Source of the DNA: an uncultured virus (IMG/VR IMGVR_UViG_3300009514_001431)
Taxonomy: Duplodnaviria > Heunggongvirae > Uroviricota > Caudoviricetes
IMG/VR virus record: IMGVR_UViG_3300009514_001431
Length of the DNA: 20,000 bases
Strand: one strand, 5' to 3'
Shown here: positions 1 through 8,514 of the stretch, one piece after another
How the letters are laid out: each line of letters begins with the position of its first letter
How positions within the stretch are numbered: the first letter of the stretch is position 1
Position numbers and translations under genes: made by a program
The notes under the pieces: model-generated
The model's input: only the letters and a program-made list of their open reading frames with translations
What the model was told of the DNA's origin: nothing
Databases searched by the model: none

Positions 1-1040
1 ATCGTCATTCCGTTCAGGAAATCGACGGTCGTGGCGTTGTTGTCGTAGTCCGATCCGTTGATCTCGACCTCGGAGGTCGTGACCGAGGCCGTGCCGAGCG
101 TGACCTTGACGCTACCGCCAGCCCCCTGCGTGATCGTCTCGATGCGAGCGAAGCTGGCGTTGGTACCCGCTTCCTCCCACTCCCAATGATCGCCAGTGGT
201 CTGGGAGATGTCGATGTCGTCGGTCTGTGTGGCGATGGTCCCGTACTGGTTGTCCATCGCCTGATCGAGCGTCACATCGACCGTCGCCGTTTGATCGACA
301 AAGTTGCGCGTCGAAAGATTGCAGTCCTCTTGGAGCAGATCGAGCGTCGTGCGGAAGATGTAGTTGTAGTTGATCGACTTGTTCTCGATGTCGGCAACCG
401 GGCAAGCCTCCAGGTCATCGAAGCCCGCGTCCGGGCGAACGAACGAAATCTGACCGTCGTTGGTACCCCCACCCGTCGTCCACGCCGCACCGTCCGTCGC
501 ACCGTTCTTGACCTGGAGCAGACCGTACGCATCACGCCCCCCCGACTGGATCTTCTGACCCGTCGAAGAATCGCGGATCTCCAGAAGGTTCCGGGGGTGA
601 AGCTCGTCAGGGCCAGTGCCCGTCCCACCGTGCTCGTACATTTGGTGCGTCCCAAGCTCAGCCACCCCAAGCTCGGCACACAAAGCACCATTGGTCGAGG
701 TTCCGAAAGCGACAACCTCACTCGGTACCTCACCACCCCCAAGCTCGACCCAGTTCTGGCTACTCGGAACGGAGATGTCGGTCAGGACGTTCGCGTAGCA
801 GAGGATTTTCTTGTCCTCCAGATCCGAAAGGTCGGTGTCCAGAGTCTCGACGGTACGAGTTACCGCCGTGTACCACTTGGTCGCCCCCGTGACGTTTTGG
901 ATCTGCGAGATGATCGAATTGATCACGTCGTCAAGATCGGTCGGAGCGGATTCCAGGGTCGCCCCTGCTGCAAGAGTGTCATCCCAATCGGCGGTTTCTT
1001 TGGTGTCTACCTGCTTGGGCCTTACGAACGTGGTGGTCAT
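1..1040 (-). CDS. Putative virion structural / tail-fibre-associated protein, 3' end truncated by window edge (>346 aa)
   Basis: Not in the ORF track. Translated by hand from ATG at 1040 (MTTTFVRPKQVDTKETADWDDTLAAGATLESAPTDLDD...DYDNNATTVDFLNGMT), with no stop before position 1. AGAGG lies just upstream. The T/D/G/N-rich, acidic composition is typical of phage structural proteins. Confidence 0.75.
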   Translation of the reverse strand, partial: MTTTFVRPKQVDTKETADWDDTLAAGATLESAPTDLDDVINSIISQIQNVTGATKWYTAVTRTVETLDTDLSDLEDKKILCYANVLTDISVPSSQNWVELGGGEVPSEVVAFGTSTNGALCAELGVAELGTHQMYEHGGTGTGPDELHPRNLLEIRDSSTGQKIQSGGRDAYGLLQVKNGATDGAAWTTGGGTNDGQISFVRPDAGFDDLEACPVADIENKSINYNYIFRTTLDLLQEDCNLSTRNFVDQTATVDVTLDQAMDNQYGTIATQTDDIDISQTTGDHWEWEEAGTNASFARIETITQGAGGSVKVTLGTASVTTSEVEINGSDYDNNATTVDFLNGMT

Positions 1041-1069
1041 TTTTCTGCCTCTTTACGGGTCGTGGCTCG

Positions 1070-1543
1070 CTACTTGCGAAGGAAATCCACGAGAATGGCG
1101 TCCCCTGTCAGCGGGACGTAGGTGAACGTGATGGTGTCGAAGCCAGTGCCGGGGCCACCGGACTCCGAAGCGGTGAAATCGTTAGCGGAGCCCTCGTTTT
1201 GACGGACTCCGTTGACGGTGACGCGCATCTCGATGCCCGCCGTTGTTGAATGGAAAGCTGTCGCACTCGCATTGAGTGTGAAAATAGACGTGATACCGTT
1301 AGCCTGTGCCGAGAGGTCGTCCGTGATGTACGGACCCATCGGCACCCACCCCGTCGTCCCACCCGAAACGGCCTGCTTGCTGTAGATCGAATTTCCGAAC
1401 GTCCCATCCGTTCGGAGGAACACGTCCCCGATGTTTCCAGTCTCGGATCCTTCGGGGTCGCCAGCGCCAATGTGAATCGCCGGAATCCCGCCCGACCCGA
1501 TCAGGGCGAGTAGGAATCCGTAGTTCGTGCTTGACGTGACCAT
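1070..1543 (-). CDS. Putative tail fibre / baseplate-associated protein (157 aa)
   Basis: GAGDPEG...GDVFLRTDG...IYSK...TTGW resembles the 'G.PEG...GS.YLRTDG...LYVK...TGW' module of tail fibres/spikes. DDLSAQANG...FTL...VTVNGVRQ...TITFTYVP resembles beta-sandwich repeats of large-myovirus tail/baseplate proteins. Confidence 0.7.
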   Translation of the reverse strand: MVTSSTNYGFLLALIGSGGIPAIHIGAGDPEGSETGNIGDVFLRTDGTFGNSIYSKQAVSGGTTGWVPMGPYITDDLSAQANGITSIFTLNASATAFHSTTAGIEMRVTVNGVRQNEGSANDFTASESGGPGTGFDTITFTYVPLTGDAILVDFLRK

Positions 1544-1562
1544 GCCGCTTAGCGGCCTGGAC

Positions 1563-1592
1563 GGCCGCTCTCACAAGGAGCGGCCCGATAGA
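1563..1592 (-). promoter_or_regulatory. TCTATCG motif (variant of CCTATAG) followed by an 8-bp hairpin upstream of the structural genes
   Basis: Minus strand reads TCTATCG-GGCCGCTC-CTTGTGA-GAGCGGCC. The motif is 42 nt before ATG 1543. Confidence 0.4.
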
Positions 1593-1648
1593 CAGAATCG
1601 CGGGGTTTCGCGGGCTCGGGCAGCTTCGCCCGCGCTATGTCCGCACAC

Positions 1649-2524
1649 CTACTCGCCGAGGTAGCGCATCGCCACGATCCGCGCCGATGCGGTGCGTTGG
1701 TCCGCCGACGCGACCCGATACTTGCCAAGGTTCTTTTCCAGGCTCGCCATCTGCTTGTCGGAAATCGGAAGACCCTCGGCCAACCTTTTCCCTACGTTCG
1801 CCAAGAAATCCATGAGCCATTGGTCCCCGCGCCGCTTGGCCTCGGAGTAGAGCTTGCGCGCACGCTGGTACAACGCCTCGTCGCGCTGGCTTGCGGGCTC
1901 AACAGGCTCGGCAACGGGCTCAGAAAAGGATCCCGACGCCTTTCCGATCGCAGCCTTCTGCTTCTTGGTCAGGATTCCGCCACCCTCCAGCTTGCGGTGG
2001 AAATCAGCCAGCATCCTGTTTGACCCCCAATTCGGGATCGCTTCGATCTCGGCCAGCGACTCGGCCTTGTACGCATCCCGATCAGCGATCTCTGCCAGGG
2101 AATCGTAGAACGTCGCAGCCTTGTCGTAAGCCTGCTTCATCGCCTTCACGCCCTTTTGCATGACCGTCGCGCGCCAGTTTTTCGTGCGGTTGAACCGCGA
2201 CTGACCAAGGGCCTTGCGATTCAGGGCGTACCCCGTGACCGCACTCACCAGCTTCATGTGGATCGCGGCTTGACCGCGCCCCATGACCTGCTCACTTTGG
2301 CCGATGGAGGACGAGATGTGGATCGCTACAGTGCCCTTGAGGCTCGCAGGGAGCTTCGGCGGACGACCCTTCACCCCTGATGGGGTTGGGGGGCGCGGCT
2401 CTCTATTGAGCATGAGTAGGTAGACGCCCTGTCTGTTCTCGTCCCGCGCCCACGGAAGGCGAGTCGAGTCGAGCCAGTCCTCCCATTCTTCTCGGGAGAT
2501 CGGGACGAAATGCCCTCCAGCCAT
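1649..2524 (-). CDS. Hypothetical protein (291 aa) with two C-terminal 'W...DF...L(T/S).KQ' helical repeats
   Basis: Start reassigned to ATG 2524 (MAGGHFVPISREEW), which overlaps the helicase stop as TGATG. Repeats: NWGSNRMLADFHRKLEGGGILTKKQKAAIGK and DQWLMDFLANVGKRLAEGLPISDKQMASLEK. Confidence 0.8.
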   Translation of the reverse strand: MAGGHFVPISREEWEDWLDSTRLPWARDENRQGVYLLMLNREPRPPTPSGVKGRPPKLPASLKGTVAIHISSSIGQSEQVMGRGQAAIHMKLVSAVTGYALNRKALGQSRFNRTKNWRATVMQKGVKAMKQAYDKAATFYDSLAEIADRDAYKAESLAEIEAIPNWGSNRMLADFHRKLEGGGILTKKQKAAIGKASGSFSEPVAEPVEPASQRDEALYQRARKLYSEAKRRGDQWLMDFLANVGKRLAEGLPISDKQMASLEKNLGKYRVASADQRTASARIVAMRYLGE

Positions 2525-5500
2525 CAGTCCAATTCCTCGTTGGTTTTGAACCATTCGGCTTGGAACTCGTCCTCGTCGTCCTCGTCGTAGGTCCACTCGT
2601 CGGCCAAAGGCCCGCAAGACACCCGCTCAAACTCTTTGTCGCCTTGCAGGAACGCGAGCACGTACTCCGGGTCGCGGTAAATGTCAGGCGGGTCTTCGAC
2701 AGAGGCAGTCGCTCCGACATTCGTGATGCACGCCTCGCCAACGAAACGACTCGGAAGGATCGGCTTCGGTGGCTTGGTTTCGCTCACCTGTGGCCCACGC
2801 GCCGGACGAATGATCGTGACCGAATCCTCGCCACGGGTGATGGCGACATAGGCCAGGCGGCGCTCGGCCTCCATCTCCTTGCCACCCGTCCGCGAACCAT
2901 CGTCCTCGGTCATAATGTGCGGGAATCGTCCTTCCCACATGGGAACGAACACATGCTTGGCCTCCAGGCCCTTCCACCCGTGGACCGTATCGACGCGCAC
3001 GGCCGGAGGCGGAGGCTTTTTGCCCTTCATCACATCTCCGGTGCTGCGCTCGTCGTCACCCACAGCCAATTCCTCGGCCCGCCCTTGCATGACATTGATA
3101 TAGGAGACTGCCGATGAAAGCTCGTTGTGGTGCTCCGCCATCGCTTCCAAGATGGCGATCTCGCCGCGAGCGTACTGCTCAATGGACTCGTCGTCGGTGT
3201 TCTCGTACTCGTTGAGCACCTCTTCCATTTGCTCCTTGGACGCCTTCACGCGCTCCATGAGCCTTTCGATCATCGAGCCCTGCGGAGTCTCCAGCTTCAT
3301 GGCGAAATCGATCAACGCCATGGTCGTGAGCTTTTCCTTCTTGGCTTGCTTCTGAACCGCCGTCAGGAAATCCGTGTAGGGCTTCACGAAATCGTCGTTG
3401 CGGTGGGCCGCACGACCACCATAGATGTTGTCCCAACCGCCACCTTGAAGGTACTTGAGCCAGTTGCCTGTTCCGGCTCGTTCCTCCAGGCGCTCAGGGA
3501 ACGTCGCCCCCAACTGGAAATTCAACGCCTTGTGGGCCGTAGCCACGACCTCGTTGATCGTTTCGGTGTCCCCCTCTTTCGCGTTGGCGAGCCGCATCAG
3601 GCCAATCAGGGTGACGACGGCAGGCCCCTTGAAAAAGTTGTGCTTGGATCGGAACGGGATACCCCGCTCCACCATCGACACGCCGTACTCCATCGCCTCT
3701 TTGCGAGTGCGGACCAGGAGCCCGTAGTCGTCGTAGGAACCCTCGGCAGCGTCCCCCTGGCAATCGTCAGCGATCACGTCCGCCACGTACACGGAGAGGC
3801 TCTCAGGAGAAGGCAGTACCCGCTCCACGATCCGACCCTCGCCCTTGCGCTCGACGTTGGCAAGGCACTCCATGGGGATCTGCTTGCCCGCTTCCTCGTG
3901 GACCCGCATGAGATTGTTCGCAGCCTGCACGATGGCCGACCCCGAGCGGTAGTTCATCGTGAGCAGCTTGGTCTTGAAACAGTCGCGGGTCTTGCCCACG
4001 AATTCTTCGACCTCCGCTCCGCGAAAGCCATAGATGCTCTGCTTGTCATCACCGATGAACGAGAAGGTGTCCGCCGTCATTTCGCAGTCCTCGCGTGGCT
4101 CGACGGTACGAGGATCGATCTGACCAGCAACCAAGCCAAACAGGACGTGCTGCGACGGATTGAGGTCTTGAGCCTCGTCAACGAGGACCACCTTGTACCG
4201 CTCGTTGACGCGAGCGAGCACGGACGGTTCCTCGATCAACATGCGCGAGGCTTGGATCAGAACGTCGTCAAAATCCTCGTCCCCATCCTGGTGAAGCAGG
4301 AATTCGTAGGCGGCGTAGACGGCAGCCTCGACGCCGGGGGTCGCCATCTCGTGCTCGATACGGCTCATTTCCTCGTCAGGGTCCACCATCTCCGCACCGC
4401 CCATGCCCTGTTGCCGGGGCTTAGCCTTGGCAGTGTCCTCGGCGTATGCCTTACCCGGAGCTTTCAGGCGGCCCTTACTGCCCGTGATGTAAAGAGCAAA
4501 CTCGCCCATGCTCCTTGGCTTGAGTCCCGCGTAGGGATTGTCTGGAGTCGGCTCAGCGTCGCTAAAGGGCTCCGGCTCCATGAAAGCCGTGGCAGGCAGC
4601 CCGAGGTTGAACCACTGATTCGCAGGGCGCTTCGCATACGCCGGGAACTTTTCCTCCAACGCATTCAAGATGCTGGCGCTGAACAGCTTGTCCGAGCCGG
4701 CGGGGAAGCCTGCCGCCTTACGCACCGCCGCCGGGGGAGTGCCCGGCATCTTCCATGGGGAGCCCTTGCCGCCCCAATACTTGATCACACCCTTTTTCTC
4801 TACGGAATCGAGGTCTTTCCAGGTCGTGTACTCACCTGTGTCGAATTTCTGGAACAGGTTTTTGATCAGGGCGATACTGTCCTCGGCCTTGGTCACCTGT
4901 GCGGAGAGGCGGGCGCCCTTCGCCCACGACAAGAACGAATTGGCATTGCGCAAGGCTTCCACCAGCTTGTCCACGACCTTGTGCGCGGGGGATTCGATCG
5001 GAACCGGGAGCTTCGCGTAGGTCGTGTAGACGTGGTAGAGGATACGTTGCTCGGTCGGGGAGAGGTCCGAAAGACCCGCTACCTCGTCCTTCTGAACACG
5101 GGTCCGCAGGGCGGAGAGCCACCCCTTCGCCCACCTGGCGCGCGCTTCGGCGATTCGGTTCTCACGAGCCGCCCACCGAATGTAGCCCTCGATCTTGCTG
5201 GAGGCGTTGTCAAGCTCAGCCAGGATCTCGTCCTTTGCAGGCCCGGAGGCAGTCCCTCCTTCCTCCCAATGCACCCTGTCAGGGCGATTGGGAAAAAACG
5301 ACTCGTCGGGGTCATGGCCCGCAACGTCCGAGGACGGGTTCTGCATCACCTGGAGGATGGCGCACCGCATGAGCCACGACTGCTCGGCATCCTTGATCAG
5401 CCGACCCTGGCGCTCCCACTTTCGACCGCCCAATCGCCGCAACTTGCCCGCAACAGAGTGCGTGGACCCAAACCCGTTCGCCGCTTCTTTGTCGGATTTC

Positions 5501-6612
5501 AGGCGACCATCGTCGCTCCGCATGATCCGCTCGACCAATTCGTTGGACGACGCGCGGGTGAAGGACACGCCCATGATCCGGTGCGCCGGGTAAGGCGGGT
5601 CGGATTCGGTCATGTGGTACACGACCTTGCCCGAAAGCACGCGGGTCTTGCCTGAGCCCGCACCAGCAGCGATTACGTTCTGCCCGCGAACGAGCATGGC
5701 CTGCTCTTGCTCCTCGGACATCCCGAGTTTCTGGCCGATCTTGGTCGTTTGGGCGTACTCACCGGGCAGGGCCTCGGCGACGGCGGCGGCCCGCACAGCA
5801 GACGGGTCCGAGGATGCCTCGGCAACCGCCTCGATCTGAGTCAGTACCTCGGCCTTGCGGGCCGCGAGGTCCGGTGTTTCGGCAGCCGTAGGGTCGGCGG
5901 CGGCCAAGGCCGCATCAACCTGCTTCAATTCCTTACCAAGACTGGCGGCAACCTGAGCGTCGGCAATCTGAGATTCGATCTGCGTGATCGGGACGCCGAC
6001 AATCTCAGCAGCCTTTTGGACCCACTTGCGGGAGATCTGGAGGCCCGACACCGGGACGTTCTGGGCAAGCTCGTGCAGGGCTGCGGCGGGACTGTCCGCC
6101 TCCAACGCCTTCGCCGTGCGCATGACGGATGTAGAGGCTCTACCCGCGAACACCTGACGGATCAGCGGGGTGCGAGCCGCCTTGGCCTTGGGCAAGAAGG
6201 TGCGGAGGAACTGAGCTTTGAGGTGGACCGAACCTACCGGGCTGGTTGGGCGCATCGCCTGATCGAACCGGGGGCCAAGCGAAAGCTCGCTCGCCATCGT
6301 AGAGAAATGGTTTTGGAACCCTTCCTCAATCTGATCGGCGAACTTGACGAGCAAGGGCTCAACCTTGGTGATGTGGTTGAGTGCGGCGATTTCTCGATCC
6401 CCATCCGTAGGGGGAGCATCATCAGCAGCTTCGGCCGAGGCCCATTGGCGCAAGGCGTCAATCCCTGCGATAAGCGTCAGCAAGTCAGCCAGACGGTTCG
6501 TCGTGACAGACCGCTTGCGCGTTTTCTTGGGCTCGTCATCCTCGCGTGCGACTTTTTCAGCCGAGGGCTCGATGCCTCCATGAAAGGTCCAAACCTGTTC
6601 TAGATCAGCCAT
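2524..6612 (-). CDS. UvrD/PcrA/Rep-family superfamily 1A DNA helicase with long N-terminal extension and large 1B-domain insertion (1362 aa)
   Basis: All SF1A motifs occur in order: Q (SEEQEQA), I (AGAGSGKT), Ia (SFTRASSNEL), Ib (STHS), DFDDVL, II (VLVDEAQD), III (GDDKQSIYGFRGA), IV (NYRS), IVa (LVRT), V (TVHGWKGLE), VI (ERRLAYVAITRG). Confidence 0.95.
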   Translation of the reverse strand: MADLEQVWTFHGGIEPSAEKVAREDDEPKKTRKRSVTTNRLADLLTLIAGIDALRQWASAEAADDAPPTDGDREIAALNHITKVEPLLVKFADQIEEGFQNHFSTMASELSLGPRFDQAMRPTSPVGSVHLKAQFLRTFLPKAKAARTPLIRQVFAGRASTSVMRTAKALEADSPAAALHELAQNVPVSGLQISRKWVQKAAEIVGVPITQIESQIADAQVAASLGKELKQVDAALAAADPTAAETPDLAARKAEVLTQIEAVAEASSDPSAVRAAAVAEALPGEYAQTTKIGQKLGMSEEQEQAMLVRGQNVIAAGAGSGKTRVLSGKVVYHMTESDPPYPAHRIMGVSFTRASSNELVERIMRSDDGRLKSDKEAANGFGSTHSVAGKLRRLGGRKWERQGRLIKDAEQSWLMRCAILQVMQNPSSDVAGHDPDESFFPNRPDRVHWEEGGTASGPAKDEILAELDNASSKIEGYIRWAARENRIAEARARWAKGWLSALRTRVQKDEVAGLSDLSPTEQRILYHVYTTYAKLPVPIESPAHKVVDKLVEALRNANSFLSWAKGARLSAQVTKAEDSIALIKNLFQKFDTGEYTTWKDLDSVEKKGVIKYWGGKGSPWKMPGTPPAAVRKAAGFPAGSDKLFSASILNALEEKFPAYAKRPANQWFNLGLPATAFMEPEPFSDAEPTPDNPYAGLKPRSMGEFALYITGSKGRLKAPGKAYAEDTAKAKPRQQGMGGAEMVDPDEEMSRIEHEMATPGVEAAVYAAYEFLLHQDGDEDFDDVLIQASRMLIEEPSVLARVNERYKVVLVDEAQDLNPSQHVLFGLVAGQIDPRTVEPREDCEMTADTFSFIGDDKQSIYGFRGAEVEEFVGKTRDCFKTKLLTMNYRSGSAIVQAANNLMRVHEEAGKQIPMECLANVERKGEGRIVERVLPSPESLSVYVADVIADDCQGDAAEGSYDDYGLLVRTRKEAMEYGVSMVERGIPFRSKHNFFKGPAVVTLIGLMRLANAKEGDTETINEVVATAHKALNFQLGATFPERLEERAGTGNWLKYLQGGGWDNIYGGRAAHRNDDFVKPYTDFLTAVQKQAKKEKLTTMALIDFAMKLETPQGSMIERLMERVKASKEQMEEVLNEYENTDDESIEQYARGEIAILEAMAEHHNELSSAVSYINVMQGRAEELAVGDDERSTGDVMKGKKPPPPAVRVDTVHGWKGLEAKHVFVPMWEGRFPHIMTEDDGSRTGGKEMEAERRLAYVAITRGEDSVTIIRPARGPQVSETKPPKPILPSRFVGEACITNVGATASVEDPPDIYRDPEYVLAFLQGDKEFERVSCGPLADEWTYDEDDEDEFQAEWFKTNEELD

Positions 6613-6624
6613 CGGAGATCCTAT

Positions 6625-7500
6625 TCATCTCGCACCGGACGCGAGACGCGTTCGGTTTTCGTAGACAGTGAGCCACTGGTTGAACGGGGGAAACTCCGGC
6701 TCGGTTGCGATACGGACCTGCCCATAGGTGTCTTCGTACCAATCAAGATGCCCGTCGATGTTGAATTCATCGACCCCCTCGGGCGCTCTCCCCAACACGC
6801 GAAACACGATGGCATAGATAACCTCGCCGATCGGCAACGTGGCAAGAGCCATGTACTCCTTGTGCCCGGTTACAGCGACCAGGATCGAAGGGAGCAGGAA
6901 ATGCTCAAAGATCTCAAACAGGGCAAACCCGACTCCGAGCTTCCACCCGTGCTTCTTGACGGCTCGGATAATCGCGTCCAGCGTGTGCTTCGGGCTGACA
7001 GCCTTCCACGCTTTGCGAGCAGCCGTTTCGATCATGCGCGGGGCCATGTGGACCCGGAATTCACGAACGGCATCCTCGACTACCTCGCGCTTCACACGAG
7101 GCGGGAGGTTGCGCCCATCGAACGAATCGTGGTTTGCGTAACCCCACTCGTACCCCTCCAAGTAGTCCTCGGTCACGTCGTCCGAGGGGCGCGGCGGGTT
7201 GGCGAGGATCTGCTTGTCCGCGTGCCACTTGCCAAGAACCGCTCCGTCCTTGAACTCGTCTACGTCAGCATCGACCTCGTTCTCGGCGACCACTTTGAGC
7301 AGCTTCGGCGCGATTTTACGGATCGCTTCCTCAACTAGATCCTCGACTGGCCCGTAAACGAATTTGCGGTGATGCCGAACGATCTCGCCAAGAGGTTGAA
7401 CGATCCAATCCAGCCAATCCTTGAGGCTGGCCTCCCGGCGCATATCGCGGTGTTTATCGCGGTACCTAACCACGACGTTTTGGATCGACGCTCGGCGCAT
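6625..7500 (-). CDS. Hypothetical protein with C-terminal hydrophobic segments (291 aa)
   Basis: Intact ORF with GGGAG upstream. Hydrophobic stretches LGVGFALFEIFEHFLLPSILVAVTG and MALATLPIGEVIYAIVFRVLG. Confidence 0.75.
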   Translation of the reverse strand: MRRASIQNVVVRYRDKHRDMRREASLKDWLDWIVQPLGEIVRHHRKFVYGPVEDLVEEAIRKIAPKLLKVVAENEVDADVDEFKDGAVLGKWHADKQILANPPRPSDDVTEDYLEGYEWGYANHDSFDGRNLPPRVKREVVEDAVREFRVHMAPRMIETAARKAWKAVSPKHTLDAIIRAVKKHGWKLGVGFALFEIFEHFLLPSILVAVTGHKEYMALATLPIGEVIYAIVFRVLGRAPEGVDEFNIDGHLDWYEDTYGQVRIATEPEFPPFNQWLTVYENRTRLASGAR

Positions 7501-7517
7501 GGCTCACTACTCCCAAG

Positions 7518-7524
7518 CTATAGG
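7518..7524 (-). promoter_or_regulatory. CCTATAG putative phage promoter motif
   Basis: Lies in a 28-nt intergenic gap, 17 nt before ATG 7500. The identical heptamer recurs at 10282-10288 and 11932-11938. Confidence 0.55.
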
Positions 7525-7528
7525 GGCG

Positions 7529-8080
7529 TCACCGAGGGGCTTTTTTCTTCGCTTTTGCGACCGTAGCCGCATCCTTGGCCTTGAATCGGGCTTCGGCTTT
7601 ACGCAGGTCTTGGAGCGCCCGGCGTTGAATCGAATCGAGGTTCTGGTTGCCGATGCGCGTCGTCAGGCCCACGCTGCCGGTCTTGATCGCCTTGACCAGC
7701 TTCGGGTCCATCTGACGGATCAGGATGTCCCATGCCATGTCAAGCTCGACGCCCTTGCACACCTGCATGGGGCGTCCACCAATCTGTGTGGGCAGGCTTT
7801 CCGCGACCAGGAAATGCCCGCTATGTGTCCAAAGCTCCAGATGGAGCCACTCAAGGGGCATCGGAGCTTCGGGACGGTCGAATACCATCTTCCACGAAAC
7901 CTCTAGGCGGGCGTCACCGAAACGGATCCGAGGCTGATTGACGAAGCCCCAATCCCGAATGACGAGCTTGAATTCCCCGGCCTCGGCCAGCCTTTGCAAG
8001 ACCTCTTGCTCGTCCTCGCTGAGCGGGGTGTAGAGCCCGTTGGGGTTCTTACCCCCGAAGATGTTGCGTTCCTGGCTCAT
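7529..8080 (-). CDS. Hypothetical protein (183 aa)
   Basis: GAGGA RBS, ATGA overlap with the upstream gene, globular-looking sequence with a Lys-rich tail. Confidence 0.8.
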   Translation of the reverse strand: MSQERNIFGGKNPNGLYTPLSEDEQEVLQRLAEAGEFKLVIRDWGFVNQPRIRFGDARLEVSWKMVFDRPEAPMPLEWLHLELWTHSGHFLVAESLPTQIGGRPMQVCKGVELDMAWDILIRQMDPKLVKAIKTGSVGLTTRIGNQNLDSIQRRALQDLRKAEARFKAKDAATVAKAKKKAPR

Positions 8081-8514
8081 GGCTTGTCCTCAATCTGAAC
8101 GTACACGGCACGCAGACGGCCCTGCCGCTGCCCCTCGTAGTATCTTACCGTCTGCCCTGCAATCGGTAGGCGGCCCTTCTCGACCTCGCTGCGGTGCAGA
8201 AAAACGTGCGGGCCTCCGTCACCGGGGACGATAAAGCCCCACCCTCGTTCGACATCGAACGAGTCAACGACCCCCCGGCACAGCTTGGGTTCGACCTGGC
8301 GTTGGACCTTGGATGCCCGAGCCACCTTGCCATCGCTGGCAGTGGTTGGATCGTATTCGACATCGACGGGCTCCCCCACGATCGGAGGCGGCTCAATCCA
8401 CGCCCCGTGTTCAAACACAGCAACGTGAAAGTAGACCTGCTCGCCATCCTTTTCGGTGAATCCATAGAGCTTGTCGGGCAGGTACTTGTCCACCTGCATC
8501 CGAACCTTGGGCAC
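8077..8514 (-). CDS. Tandem cold-shock domain (two CSD/OB-fold) nucleic-acid-binding protein (145 aa)
   Basis: Two RNP1/RNP2 pairs: KLYGFT...VYFHV...GEPVDVE...ASKV and GVVDSFDVERGWGFI...VFLHRSEV...GQTVRY...RAVYV. GTG start overlaps the upstream TAG. Confidence 0.9.
   Translation of the reverse strand: MPKVRMQVDKYLPDKLYGFTEKDGEQVYFHVAVFEHGAWIEPPPIVGEPVDVEYDPTTASDGKVARASKVQRQVEPKLCRGVVDSFDVERGWGFIVPGDGGPHVFLHRSEVEKGRLPIAGQTVRYYEGQRQGRLRAVYVQIEDKP

Noticed and set aside
1593..1648. tRNA or ncRNA in the GC-rich intergenic stretch
   Set aside because: Only short GC stems, too short, with no cloverleaf or T-loop consensus.
2525..2617. Upstream extension of ORF 1649..2617
   Set aside because: Overlaps the helicase 3' end. 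ATG 2524 in a TGATG coupling is the better start.
4300..5340. Intein or homing endonuclease in the helicase
   Set aside because: No C-terminal HN-(C/S/T) splice junction and no LAGLIDADG or HNH motif.
3127..5655. 842-aa plus-strand ORF
   Set aside because: Antisense shadow of the UvrD-like gene. GC-rich codon bias suppresses stops on the opposite strand, and it has no motifs.
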